Shown one piece after another: positions 1-8,248 of a stretch of DNA of 64,000 nt. The notes below the pieces were generated by a model. It was not told the DNA's origin. It was given only the letters and a program-made list of their open reading frames with translations, and did no database searches. The first letter of the stretch is position 1; each line of letters opens with the position of its first letter. The stretch is from Chloroflexota bacterium. Its GTDB lineage: Bacteria > Chloroflexota > Limnocylindria > Limnocylindrales > CSP1-4. Made by a program: the position numbers and the translations under genes. The stretch spans positions 1,290 to 65,289 of the forward strand of contig JACPOS010000023.1 of the NCBI GenBank assembly GCA_016191395.1, in the 5' to 3' direction.

Positions 1-149
1 GAACCTGGGCCAACGCTGGATTCACGTTCTGCAGCGCGGCGCCCTCGTCTGGCGTCGGTGTATCCCACTGCACGATGTTTTCCACTTCGATCACCGCTTG
101 GACCACGTACTGACCGTCAATTCGCACCGGCTCAGCCAGGGAGCACTCG

Positions 150-1184
150 ATGAAGCGCCGATCCTCACGATCCAGGGTCCGCCTCGCGGCCGTCGAAACC
201 TCGAAAGCGCACTCGGGCGCCGGGCCGCACATCCGCAGTTCGAATGCCTCGATCAGGCTTGGATCGCTCCTTGGTGGCGTGGCGCTCATTGGGTTGGTGA
301 TTGGTGCGCTTGCCGTGCGATCGCCTGCAAACGCTGCGCTAGCTGGAGGTCTGCCAGACAGCGTGGATGGCCTTCCCGTCTTGTCGGTTAGCGAAGCGAT
401 CGATGCGCGGTCAAAGGACGATCTCGGAGCGGCGTCCCTCGCGGTCGGAGGCTACTGGTCGGATCGCGCTACGGGGCACAGTTGTTCGGCCGCCGCCGCC
501 GGCGAACTGGAGATGCGGTGCGTGGACGGCGAGTTCGGGATCACCCAGAACGACGAGCCGATTCTCGCGACCGACGAGCGAGGGGAGCTGAAGCACGCCA
601 CAGGCCCGGCACTCACGCCCTGGTTCGATCCGGACGCAGCGGGGGTCGACAAGCTCTTTGGTCTCCCGGTCGTCAACGGTCAGCGGTACACACCGATTCC
701 GATTGTGGTCGTTGGCCACTTCAACGATGCGCGCGCCGACGAGTGCCAGCCTGACGTGCGAGCGCTCTGCCTCGGCCGTCTTGTTGTCACCAAGGTCGCG
801 GTATTTGACCCGAACTCGGTCGCTACGCCGGCACCGACGAAACCACAGCAGACGGTCGGGTCGGACGTGGGGCTCTTCGATCCGCGGGATGGCCGAGTGT
901 GTGCAGGTGACGTGACCTACTCCTTCGTCGGTTGGACGACAACCGATGCGCTCGAGCTGCCATTCCAACGAGAAGGACGAGTCTGGGCAGCCATCACCGC
1001 GGAACCTGCCTTGCTCGGCGGAGACGAGTGGAGCGAGGATTCGGTTGGTCCGTTCCGAATGTGGGGCCGGCGTATCTGCTTGGCGACACAAGCTGATCCC
1101 AACACAATCCTGTATGGCGTCGTGCCGGGCACGCTGGCTCGCGAGGGAGAAAACGGGAAGGTCGAGCCGGTCGCGGACCAGTAG
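150..1184 (+). CDS. hypothetical membrane-anchored or secreted protein
   Basis: ORF-track ORF. It has a basic N-terminus, a hydrophobic helix (LGSLLGGVALIGLVIGALAV), then a Cys-containing soluble domain. No family recognised. The true start is uncertain because a leftward ORF (ATG at 289 or 232) overlaps the first ~140 nt. Confidence 0.45.
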   Translation: MKRRSSRSRVRLAAVETSKAHSGAGPHIRSSNASIRLGSLLGGVALIGLVIGALAVRSPANAALAGGLPDSVDGLPVLSVSEAIDARSKDDLGAASLAVGGYWSDRATGHSCSAAAAGELEMRCVDGEFGITQNDEPILATDERGELKHATGPALTPWFDPDAAGVDKLFGLPVVNGQRYTPIPIVVVGHFNDARADECQPDVRALCLGRLVVTKVAVFDPNSVATPAPTKPQQTVGSDVGLFDPRDGRVCAGDVTYSFVGWTTTDALELPFQREGRVWAAITAEPALLGGDEWSEDSVGPFRMWGRRICLATQADPNTILYGVVPGTLAREGENGKVEPVADQ

Positions 1185-1238
1185 CCCAGAGTGCTTCGCG
1201 CAATCCCTCGAGCGACGCCCTCATTCGGTTCGGGCGAC

Positions 1239-1820
1239 ATGAAGAAGTCCGCGAGCCTCGTCGCCGTCGCGGTCGCAGTGTTGTTCTTCGACTCCCTCGG
1301 GTCCCGCCACCCGTGCGCCGGTTGTGGTCTTGCGGGATACGACCCGCTTCAGGTCGCCAGCGTGGTGCTCGCTGCACTAGCGTTCGCACGAATCGCACTT
1401 GGGCTGGTCCGGCGATTTCGCGGGGCGAGCGACGGGAGGGCCTGGAAGATGTCCGTAGTGCTCGCGGTAGCCTCGGTTGCGGTTGCGGCGGCCGGCGTCC
1501 TGCGTCTGGCCAACGCGTCCGACGGGCGCGCCGCCATCACCGTCGGCCATCGGGGTCTTGAGCGGTCCGACCCCTTCCCACTTGCCGGCGACTATCAGGC
1601 TGGCTGGTCTGCGGCCGCTTCGACCTACTCGGGATGTCAATTCGACGTCCGTATCGAAGCCGCGGAAGCGCCGACCCAATTTCGAGATCTCGCGTCGGTT
1701 TCCGTCGCGGTCGGTTCGAAACAGACGGGCGTCGTGGATATGACTGGCCTAGACCAAGCCCTCTACGTTGTGGTTGCCGCATCGTCCTGTGATTGGTCCG
1801 TGACCCTGACTCCACGGTAG
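1239..1820 (+). CDS. hypothetical membrane protein
   Basis: ATG at 1239 (MKKSASLVAVAVAVLFF...) inside ORF 1191..1820. Several hydrophobic helices precede a soluble C-terminal part. No family recognised. Confidence 0.4.
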   Translation: MKKSASLVAVAVAVLFFDSLGSRHPCAGCGLAGYDPLQVASVVLAALAFARIALGLVRRFRGASDGRAWKMSVVLAVASVAVAAAGVLRLANASDGRAAITVGHRGLERSDPFPLAGDYQAGWSAAASTYSGCQFDVRIEAAEAPTQFRDLASVSVAVGSKQTGVVDMTGLDQALYVVVAASSCDWSVTLTPR

Positions 1821-1937
1821 TCATCGGGCTCACGCTGTTCATCGAAATGGTGGCCACGAGTGCCAACATCGAAATCTCGGCCAATGCGGCCAGAGTTCCT
1901 CGACAGTGACAACGAGGCGCGAGGCAAGGGAAGAAGT

Positions 1938-2311
1938 TGGTGGAGATGGGGGAGAGTCGAACTCCCCGTCCAGAACCCTTCGCCAGCATCCACTACGAGC
2001 GTGTCCGATCGTTTTCGTCAACCCTTGGGCCGAAGATCGGCACCCTGCCCTGGGGTCCAGTCACGTGTCTCTAGATCGAGCTTGCTCCCGGACTACGCGA
2101 CGCTCATCCGGTTCGCAGCCCCGCTGAATGACGCTTCCGCGGCCCGCGAGGCGGGGGCCGTTTCCACGCTCACTCTACCGCCTAAGCGGCGAGAGCGAGA
2201 GTCGACTGCTTGTTGGCAGGTACTTCGTTTTGCCGCCGGTTTAACGAGGCCTGACGGCACCTCGGCTCGCGTCCACTGACAACCAGACCCTGTCGAGACC
2301 ACGCATCCCCA
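1938..2311 (-). ncRNA. ssrA: tmRNA (transfer-messenger RNA)
   Basis: The minus strand reads 5' GGGGATGCGTGGTCTCGACAGGG... from 2311. Its 3' end is ...GGACGGGGAGTTCGACTCTCCCCCATCTCCACCA, ending at 1938 (tRNA-like acceptor and T-arm with CCA). The internal tag frame is GCC AAC AAG CAG TCG ACT CTC GCT CTC GCC GCT TAG (2217..2182), which encodes ANKQSTLALAA-stop. smpB lies nearby. Confidence 0.9.
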
Positions 2312-2352
2312 CGGGTCGAACGCGCGTTCGGCGTTCGCGACTAGTCTACCGC

Positions 2353-2763
2353 ATGCCCTCTCGCAGCCAGCCCGAGCCGGTGCCCGTCGAGGCACTCCTC
2401 GAGGGGTATGCCCCGCCACTCCGCGAGATCGCGCAGCGACTTCGACGAGTCGTGATGCGCGCGGCGCCCGATGCGGTCGAGCGCGTTCGACCCGGCTGGC
2501 GCCTCATCGGCTACGACCTGCCGGTGCGCCGGCACGGGGTGTTCTTTGCGTGGGTCTGGCCGGAGCTCGAGCACGTCCACCTGGGTTTCCCGAACGGCGT
2601 GCTCATGGACGATCCCGGCCGGGTCATGAAGGGCGCCGGCGTCACGAAGAAGGCGCGTTGGCTCACCTACCGGGCCGGCGCCGTGATCGGCGAGGAGCTG
2701 GCGGCAGGTCTCGTCGAGGAGGCCGCGCGCGTCGCGATGATCCCGAGATCGATCCTGGGCTGA
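2353..2763 (+). CDS. DUF1801 (YdhG-like) domain protein
   Basis: 136-aa ORF. Its pattern ...AVERVRPGWRLIGYDLP...VFFAWVWPELEHVHLGFPNG..KKARWLTY.. resembles DUF1801 family proteins. Assignment is from memory of the family only. Confidence 0.55.
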   Translation: MPSRSQPEPVPVEALLEGYAPPLREIAQRLRRVVMRAAPDAVERVRPGWRLIGYDLPVRRHGVFFAWVWPELEHVHLGFPNGVLMDDPGRVMKGAGVTKKARWLTYRAGAVIGEELAAGLVEEAARVAMIPRSILG

Positions 2764-2797
2764 TCTCGCGGCCCCCGTTCGCCGCTACGATCTCCGC

Positions 2798-3421
2798 ATG
2801 CGACTCACGCCGTGGGAAGAGGAGCGGCTCCTGATCTTCAGCGCCGCCGAGCTGGCGCGACGACACCGCACGGCCGGGATCGCGCTGAACGCACCCGAGG
2901 CGATCGCACTCATGTGCGACGCGATGCTGGAGGCAGCGCGGGCGGGCGCGAGCTACGCGGACGTGGAAGCGGCGGGCCTCGCCGCCGTGGCACCAGCCGA
3001 CGCGATGCCGGGCGTCCGCGAGCTGATCGATGACGTCCGGCTGGAAGTGCTCCTCGGCGATGGCGTCCGGCTGATCGTGCTGCTGGATCCACTCGGCCGC
3101 GGCGCTCCCCCCTCGTCCGACGGGCCGGGTGCGGTCGTGGCCGGCACTCCCGTGGGCGCTGCCGCGAATCGGGGTGTTGCGCTGGAGCGCCGCACCGTGA
3201 CCGTGACGAACACCTCCAGGCGCGCGATCCGCGTCTCGTCACATTTCCCGTTCGACCAGGTGAACCCACGACTTGCGTTCGACCGGGCCGCCGCCTGCGG
3301 CTTCCGACTCGACATCGAGGCGGGCTCATCGGAGCGCTGGGCGCCTGGCGAGATTCGGATGGTCACACTCGTGCGCTTCGGCGGCCGCCGCGGCACGGTG
3401 CCGGGAGGCACGGAGGCGTGA
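2798..3421 (+). CDS. ureAB: urease gamma-beta fusion subunit
   Basis: The N-terminal half (MRLTPWEEERLLIFSAAELARRH...NAPEAIALMCD...) is UreA-like (gamma). The C-terminal half (...RTVTVTNTSRRAIRVSSHFPFDQVNPRLAFDR..GFRLDIEAGSSERWAPGE...VRFGG) is UreB-like (beta). The two halves are joined by a Gly/Pro/Ala linker. Confidence 0.85.
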   Translation: MRLTPWEEERLLIFSAAELARRHRTAGIALNAPEAIALMCDAMLEAARAGASYADVEAAGLAAVAPADAMPGVRELIDDVRLEVLLGDGVRLIVLLDPLGRGAPPSSDGPGAVVAGTPVGAAANRGVALERRTVTVTNTSRRAIRVSSHFPFDQVNPRLAFDRAAACGFRLDIEAGSSERWAPGEIRMVTLVRFGGRRGTVPGGTEA

Positions 3422-5130
3422 CCCGCCTCTCCCCCGGCGAGCATCGCGCCCGGTTCGGGCCGTCGGCCGGCGATCGGATCCGGCTGGGCGACACGAACCT
3501 CTGGATCCGCGTGGAGGAGGATCGCCAGGCAATCGGCGACGAGCCGATCTGGGGCTATGCGAAGGACATCCGCCTCGGAATGGCCCAGGCCCCATCGGCC
3601 GGCCCGAGCGAGCTCGATGCCGTCGTCGTCGGCGCGGTGATCGTCGACCCGCTGATCGGCGTCGTGAAGGCAGACATCGGGATCAAGGACGGCCGGATCG
3701 TCGGCATCGGCCGGGCGGGCAACCCGGCGATCACCGACGGGGTGGACCTGCACATCGGACCGCACACACGGCCCATCTCGGGGTACGGCCTCATCGCGAC
3801 GCCAGGTGCCGTGGACAGCCACGTCCACTTCATCAGCCCGAACCTCATCGCTGCGGCGCTCGTCGGCGGCGTCACCACGCTCATCAGCGCCGGCTTCACC
3901 GAGCCGCCGGCCCGGATGGAGCGGACGCTGCGGGGCCTCGAGGGCTGGCCGGTCAACGTGGGCCTCCAGGCGAACGCCCGCTCGCTCGACGCCGGCGCGC
4001 TGGAGGGTCTCCTCCACGCTGGCGCCGTGGGGTTCAAGATCCACGAGGACTATGGCGCCTCCCCCGCCCTGATCGACGCGACCCTCCGCTTCGCCGACAG
4101 CCACGACGTGTCCGTGAGCCTCCACACCGACGGGCTGCACGAGACCGCGGAGCTGGAGGACACGATCGCCGCGATCGCCGGTCGGACCGTCCACGCCTAC
4201 CACGTGGAGGGGTCCGGCGGCGGGCACGTGCCGGACCTGATCGGAATCGTGCGCGAGGCGAACGTCATCTGCTCGTCGACGACTCCAACCATCCCCTGGG
4301 GAGTCAGCGCCGCCGAAGAAGGCGTGCCGATGACCGTCCTGAACCACGGCGCCACCTTCGGCGTCGCGGAGGACCTCCAGCTCATCCGCGAGCGAACGCA
4401 CCCGGCGACGATGGCGGCCGAGGGCCCGCTCCACGAGCTGGGCGCGATCCAGATCGTGAACTCGGACTCCCAGGGCATGGGCCGGATCATGGAGACGGTC
4501 CGGCGCACCTTCCAGCTGGCCGATGCGATGAAGACCTGGCGATCGACCGATGCCGGGCGCGGCCAACCCGGCCTGCCGGCCGACGACACGGTCGACGGCG
4601 CCGACGGCGACGACAACGCGCGCGTCCTTCGCTACCTCGCCAAGGTCACGATCGAGCCGGCGATCACCCATGGCATCTCCGCGCACGTCGGCAGCCTCGC
4701 GGCCGGCCGCCTTGCGGACATCGTGCTCTGGAAGCCCGCCTACTTCGGCGTGAAGCCCGAGCTCGTCCTCAAGGGCGGCCACGCTGCGTGGGCGCCCCTC
4801 GGCGAGGGCAACGCCACGGTCGAGGGCGCCGAGCCGACGCGGTACGCACCAGATTGGGCTGGCTTGCCCCACGGCGCGCCGTCGGTGTCGGCGTTGTTCG
4901 TGTCCAGCTCCGCGGATCGCACGGCGCTCGGCCGTCGCCTCGACACCGGTCGGCAGCTCATCGCCGTTGCCGGCTGTCGTGGCCTTACCCGCGCCTCGCT
5001 CGCGCTGAACCGCGCCACGGCGGCCGTCGAGGTGTCACCCGTCGACGGCAGCGTCACGCTCGCCGGCCGCCCGCTCGCGGCCGAGCCGGTCACCGATCTC
5101 CCGCTGAGCCGCCGCTACTTCCTGCGCTAG
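3418..5130 (+). CDS. ureC: urease alpha subunit
   Basis: GTGA overlap with ureAB. Ni-site motifs are present: SHVHF (H135, H137), GFKIHEDYG (K207), SLHTD (H236), HAYHVEGSGGGH (H262) and NSDSQGMGR (D350). The C-terminus ...LSRRYFLR is typical of UreC. Confidence 0.92.
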   Translation: MTRLSPGEHRARFGPSAGDRIRLGDTNLWIRVEEDRQAIGDEPIWGYAKDIRLGMAQAPSAGPSELDAVVVGAVIVDPLIGVVKADIGIKDGRIVGIGRAGNPAITDGVDLHIGPHTRPISGYGLIATPGAVDSHVHFISPNLIAAALVGGVTTLISAGFTEPPARMERTLRGLEGWPVNVGLQANARSLDAGALEGLLHAGAVGFKIHEDYGASPALIDATLRFADSHDVSVSLHTDGLHETAELEDTIAAIAGRTVHAYHVEGSGGGHVPDLIGIVREANVICSSTTPTIPWGVSAAEEGVPMTVLNHGATFGVAEDLQLIRERTHPATMAAEGPLHELGAIQIVNSDSQGMGRIMETVRRTFQLADAMKTWRSTDAGRGQPGLPADDTVDGADGDDNARVLRYLAKVTIEPAITHGISAHVGSLAAGRLADIVLWKPAYFGVKPELVLKGGHAAWAPLGEGNATVEGAEPTRYAPDWAGLPHGAPSVSALFVSSSADRTALGRRLDTGRQLIAVAGCRGLTRASLALNRATAAVEVSPVDGSVTLAGRPLAAEPVTDLPLSRRYFLR

Positions 5131-5609
5131 CGACGCCCGGCGTCCGCCAGCTCGCGCTCGATGTCGCGCTTGGCGTCGCGGGCCTGGATCTCGCGGCGGC
5201 GGTCGTGCTGCTGCTTGCCCTTGCCGAGCCCCAGCTCCACCTTCGCCTTGCCGCGCGCGGTGATGTACAGCTTGAGCGGCACGAGGGTGAGGCCCTTGGC
5301 CTTGGTCTTGCCGAGCAGCTGATCGATCTGGCCGCGGTGGAGGAGCAGCTTCCGGTCGCGCTTCGGCTCGTGGTTCTCGCGGTTGCCGGTGCTCTCCCAC
5401 GGCGCGATGTGCGCGCCGACCAGCCAGGCCTCGCCCTTGTCGATCCGCGCGAACGCGTCGGTCAGGTTCACCTTCCCGGCCCGGATGGACTTGATCTCCG
5501 TTCCGGACAGCACGATGCCGGCCTCCATCGAGTCGTCGATGGAGAACTCGTGGCGGGCACGCCGGTTGACGGTGATCGTCTTCTCGGGAATTGGAGGAGC
5601 TCCTTGCAT
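5127..5609 (-). CDS. smpB: SsrA-binding protein SmpB
   Basis: 160 aa: ...ITVNRRARHEFSIDDSMEAGIVLSGTEIKSIRAGKVNLTDAF...LLLHRGQIDQL...KGLTLVPLKLY... This is the classic SmpB pattern. Its stop overlaps the ureC stop in a palindromic CTAG. Confidence 0.93.
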   Translation of the reverse strand: MQGAPPIPEKTITVNRRARHEFSIDDSMEAGIVLSGTEIKSIRAGKVNLTDAFARIDKGEAWLVGAHIAPWESTGNRENHEPKRDRKLLLHRGQIDQLLGKTKAKGLTLVPLKLYITARGKAKVELGLGKGKQQHDRRREIQARDAKRDIERELADAGRR

Positions 5610-5640
5610 GAGCGGGGCGAACAGTATCCCCGGAAAGCAA

Positions 5641-5668
5641 GAACGCCGGTCCCGAAGGACCGGCGTTC
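5641..5668 (-). terminator. intrinsic terminator or attenuator hairpin directly 5' of smpB
   Basis: On the minus strand: GAACGCCGGTCC-TTCG-GGACCGGCGTTC followed by TTGCTTTCC. This is a 12-bp perfect GC-rich stem, 31 nt upstream of the smpB ATG. Confidence 0.55.
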
Positions 5669-5766
5669 AATTGCGGCTCACCACCCGCAGTGGGTGACCG
5701 GTTAGACGGCCATCTCCTGCGAGGTGGTGCAGCGACCGTGTTCTGACACTGCACATCACCTCCTTT
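5667..5766 (-). other. candidate leader or small RNA: 12-nt perfect SD in a hairpin plus a 29-codon mini-ORF
   Basis: AAAGGAGGTGAT (5766..5755) precedes ATG 5756. The mini-ORF MCSVRTRSLHHLAGDGRLTGHPLRVVSRN ends with TGA 5669..5667, which overlaps the terminator stem. The SD and start pair with CTGCACCACCTC (hairpin 5762..5721). 11 of 28 codons end in A/T, unlike neighbouring genes. Confidence 0.3.
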
Positions 5767-5777
5767 CGTTCGCGGGA

Positions 5778-5806
5778 ACCCTATCGGAACCGGGCCCGCG
5801 ACGCAA
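5778..5806 (-). promoter_or_regulatory. putative sigma-70-type promoter for the smpB leader
   Basis: On the minus strand: TTGCGT (5806..5801), a 17-nt spacer, then TAGGGT (5783..5778). Sequence-only guess. Confidence 0.25.
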
Positions 5807-5826
5807 GGCGACGATTCTCGCGCCGC

Positions 5827-7269
5827 TCAGGCCGCCATGAGCAGCGACGGCGGCCCGAACGCGGCGGCCCCGAGGACCTCCAGCGCCTTGTCCAGCACGG
5901 GGTCCGCGCCGGGCGGGTTGTCCGCCGGGACCGTGACGGCGATGTCCGGGGTCAGGCCCACCTTGTGGATCCAGCGCTTGTTGGGCGTGAGCCACTTGTT
6001 GACGGTCAGCTTCACGCCCCCGAGCTCGCCCAGGTCGATCCACTCCTGGACCGTGCCCTTGCCGAATGACGTCTCGCCGATCAGCTTCGCTCGCCCCCGA
6101 TCCTGGAGCGCGCCGGCCACGATCTCGGCGGCAGAGGCACTGCCGCGATTGATGAGCACGACGACCTGGATGCTCGGGTCCGTGGCGATACCGTCGCTGC
6201 CGGCGTCGGTCTCCGTCTGGACGCCCTTGGCGTCCTCGGTCCAGTACACCGGGCCGCTGGCGATGAACTGGCTCGCGATGTCCAGCGAGTCCACGAGGAA
6301 CCCGCCCGGGTTGCCGCGCAGGTCGAAGACGATCTTCTTGATGCCCTTGTCCAGGTGGGCCTGGACCGCGGCCTTGAGCTGCTTCGCGCCCTCGCTGGAG
6401 AAGCCGGCCAGACTGACGTAGCCCACCGTGCCGTTCGCGAGCACTCGGCTCGTCACCTCGCGCCGCTGGACCTTGGCCCGAACGAGCGTGACGTCGAACT
6501 CCTGGAGGAGTTGTCGAGGCGCCTCCGTGGCGCCGGGAAGTAGCGACGGGGCACCGCCCGTCGGCACCGGGGTCGGCGCCGCAAAGCGCTGGATGTGCAG
6601 CACGACCTCGGTCCCGGCCTTGCCGCGGACCATGTTCCGGGCCTCGTCCGGGGTGAGGCCGTCGAGCGTGGAGCCGTCGACCTTCATGATGATGTCGCCC
6701 GGCTGCAGGCCGGCCTTCTCGGCCGGCGAGCCATCGAGCGGGGCGATGACGACGAGCTGGCAGTTCGCCCCGAACTTGGCGCAGTCGCTGGTGTGCCCCG
6801 CGGCGTCCACCGAGCCGATCTCGGCGCCGATCCCCTCGAACGTACCCGAGATGTCGTTGAGCGTGCCCGTGTAGTCCTCGGGGCTCAGGTAGGACGAGTA
6901 CGGGTCGCCGACGGACTCCATGAGCCCGCGGATCGCGCCCTCGATGAGCGTGGTTCGCGGCACGGGACCGAGTGGATAGCGCGTCGTGACCGCGTCGTAC
7001 ACGTTCCAGAACGGCTTCCAGGCGTCGCTCTCGGAGGCGGAGCTGCCGGGCGCACGACCCTGGTCGCGCCCAACCGAATAGCCGGACATGAACAGCGCAC
7101 CGCCGCCGAGGACCGCGACGAGGACCATGGAGAATGCGAACGGCCAGCCGCGCCGGCGTTCGCCAGCCGGAGCCTGCACGGGCGCGGGAACGGTTCCTGC
7201 ATCTGGAGAAGGACCCGCCGTCACCTGGGCGTCGACGGACTCGGTGGGTTCTGGTTCGTTGGGGAGCAT
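5827..7269 (-). CDS. ctpA: S41 family C-terminal processing peptidase with PDZ domain
   Basis: TM anchor, PDZ-like segment (..DGSPAEKAGLQPGDIIMKVDG..), and S41 core (..DLRGNPGGFL...LINRGSASAAEI...GETSFGKGTVQ). ATG 7269 is preferred over the TTG at 7323. Confidence 0.85.
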   Translation of the reverse strand: MLPNEPEPTESVDAQVTAGPSPDAGTVPAPVQAPAGERRRGWPFAFSMVLVAVLGGGALFMSGYSVGRDQGRAPGSSASESDAWKPFWNVYDAVTTRYPLGPVPRTTLIEGAIRGLMESVGDPYSSYLSPEDYTGTLNDISGTFEGIGAEIGSVDAAGHTSDCAKFGANCQLVVIAPLDGSPAEKAGLQPGDIIMKVDGSTLDGLTPDEARNMVRGKAGTEVVLHIQRFAAPTPVPTGGAPSLLPGATEAPRQLLQEFDVTLVRAKVQRREVTSRVLANGTVGYVSLAGFSSEGAKQLKAAVQAHLDKGIKKIVFDLRGNPGGFLVDSLDIASQFIASGPVYWTEDAKGVQTETDAGSDGIATDPSIQVVVLINRGSASAAEIVAGALQDRGRAKLIGETSFGKGTVQEWIDLGELGGVKLTVNKWLTPNKRWIHKVGLTPDIAVTVPADNPPGADPVLDKALEVLGAAAFGPPSLLMAA

Positions 7270-7359
7270 CGCTCGGAAGGTCCTCTCAGGTCTGCCCGCC
7301 GCGTTCCGGCCGGGGGGTCGCAAGCCTAGCGCGATGCCGCCTGAGAGTCGTTCGGGGCG

Positions 7360-8244
7360 TCAGCGGATGAGGTAGGTCCTGACTGAAACCCATGCACCGA
7401 TGACGCCCAGCCCCAGGCCGGACCCGAGCACGAGGATCGTGACGTCCCGCGAGATCGACCCGACGTTGATCGGCAGGATCGAGAAGAAGCCCACCATGAA
7501 CCGCGACAGCGGCTCCGCCGCACCCACCAGGACGCCGAGCGAGATCGCTGCGCCCAGCAGGCCCACGAGCGCGCCCTCGAACACGAACGGCCAGCGGATG
7601 AACGCGTCCGATGCGCCGACGAGGCGCATGACCTCGATCTCCTCCGCGCGCCCCAGGACCGCGAGGCGAATCGTGTTGATGACGATGAACAGCACGATCG
7701 AGCCGATGACGGCAAGCAGGAGCACGCCGAAGGTGCGCAGGAAGTTCGTGAGCGAGACCAGGCGATCCGTCGTGTCCTCGATGTTCTGGACCTTCGCGAC
7801 GATGGGCTCCGCCCCGAGGAACTCCGCGACGGTGCGGTAGTCGGCCGGGCGCCGGAGCTTCACCTCCAGGCTCGCCGGGAGCGGGTTGTCGTTCAGGAAG
7901 GGCGTCAGGTCGTCCTGGCCCTGCGCGCTCCGCTGCTCGCGGTAGCGGCGCAGCGCCTCCTCCTTGGAGACGTACTCCACGGCGCGGACCTCCGGCATCG
8001 CGGCGAGGCGCGCCTGCAGGTCCGTGAGGGCCGACTGGCGGATGTTGTCGTCGAGGTCCGCGACCACGCCCACCTTGTCCTCGACGTACGACAGGCTCGC
8101 GAGGAACCCGGCCTGGACGATCCAGAACGAGGACAGCAGCAGGAGCATGAGGGTCATCGTCGCGGTCGCGGCGAGGCTCATGGCCGCATTGCGCCAGAAG
8201 CCCTGCCAGGCGCGCGAGATGCTGAACAGGAAGAAGGACAGCAT
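7360..8244 (-). CDS. ftsX: cell division permease-like protein FtsX
   Basis: N-terminal TM, periplasmic domain and three C-terminal TMs. It follows ftsE directly. ATG 8244 lies 4 nt after the ftsE stop; 8274 is an alternative start. Confidence 0.85.
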   Translation of the reverse strand: MLSFFLFSISRAWQGFWRNAAMSLAATATMTLMLLLLSSFWIVQAGFLASLSYVEDKVGVVADLDDNIRQSALTDLQARLAAMPEVRAVEYVSKEEALRRYREQRSAQGQDDLTPFLNDNPLPASLEVKLRRPADYRTVAEFLGAEPIVAKVQNIEDTTDRLVSLTNFLRTFGVLLLAVIGSIVLFIVINTIRLAVLGRAEEIEVMRLVGASDAFIRWPFVFEGALVGLLGAAISLGVLVGAAEPLSRFMVGFFSILPINVGSISRDVTILVLGSGLGLGVIGAWVSVRTYLIR

Positions 8245-8248
8245 GCGG

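Noticed and set aside
1-289. Leftward open frame running off the left edge (..MCGPAPECAFEVSTAARRTLDREDRRFIECSLAEPVRIDGQYVVQAVIEVENIVQWDTP..), with possible ATG starts at 289 or 232 and an AAGGAG at 272..267.
   Set aside because: It overlaps the annotated start region of ORF 150..1184. The SD does not sit correctly for either ATG, and the gene is truncated by the window edge. I could not decide which strand is coding here, so it is not listed as a feature.
2953-4872. Very long ORFs antisense to, or in alternate frames of, recognised genes. Examples: 2953..4872(-), 3273..5705(+), 12234..15221(+), 17027..18946(+), 20529..22976(+), 24907..27453(-), 40804..42477(-), 43302..44822(-), 45975..48233(-), 58017..59456(+), 60690..62024(+).
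   Set aside because: Each is fully overlapped by a gene with unmistakable family motifs (ureC, secA, gyrA, gyrB, mrdA, atpA, atpD, murA/mreB, cpaF, cpaB). Their translations are Arg/Ala/Gly/Pro-rich low complexity, typical of stop-codon-poor frames in GC-rich DNA.
5749-5770. The plus strand reads CTGCACATCACCTCCTTTCG, which resembles the 3' end of 16S rRNA (..GGATCACCTCCTTTCT).
   Set aside because: Only about 13 nt match, and no other rRNA-like sequence flanks it. It is better explained as the complement of an extended Shine-Dalgarno sequence on the minus strand (see the smpB leader finding).
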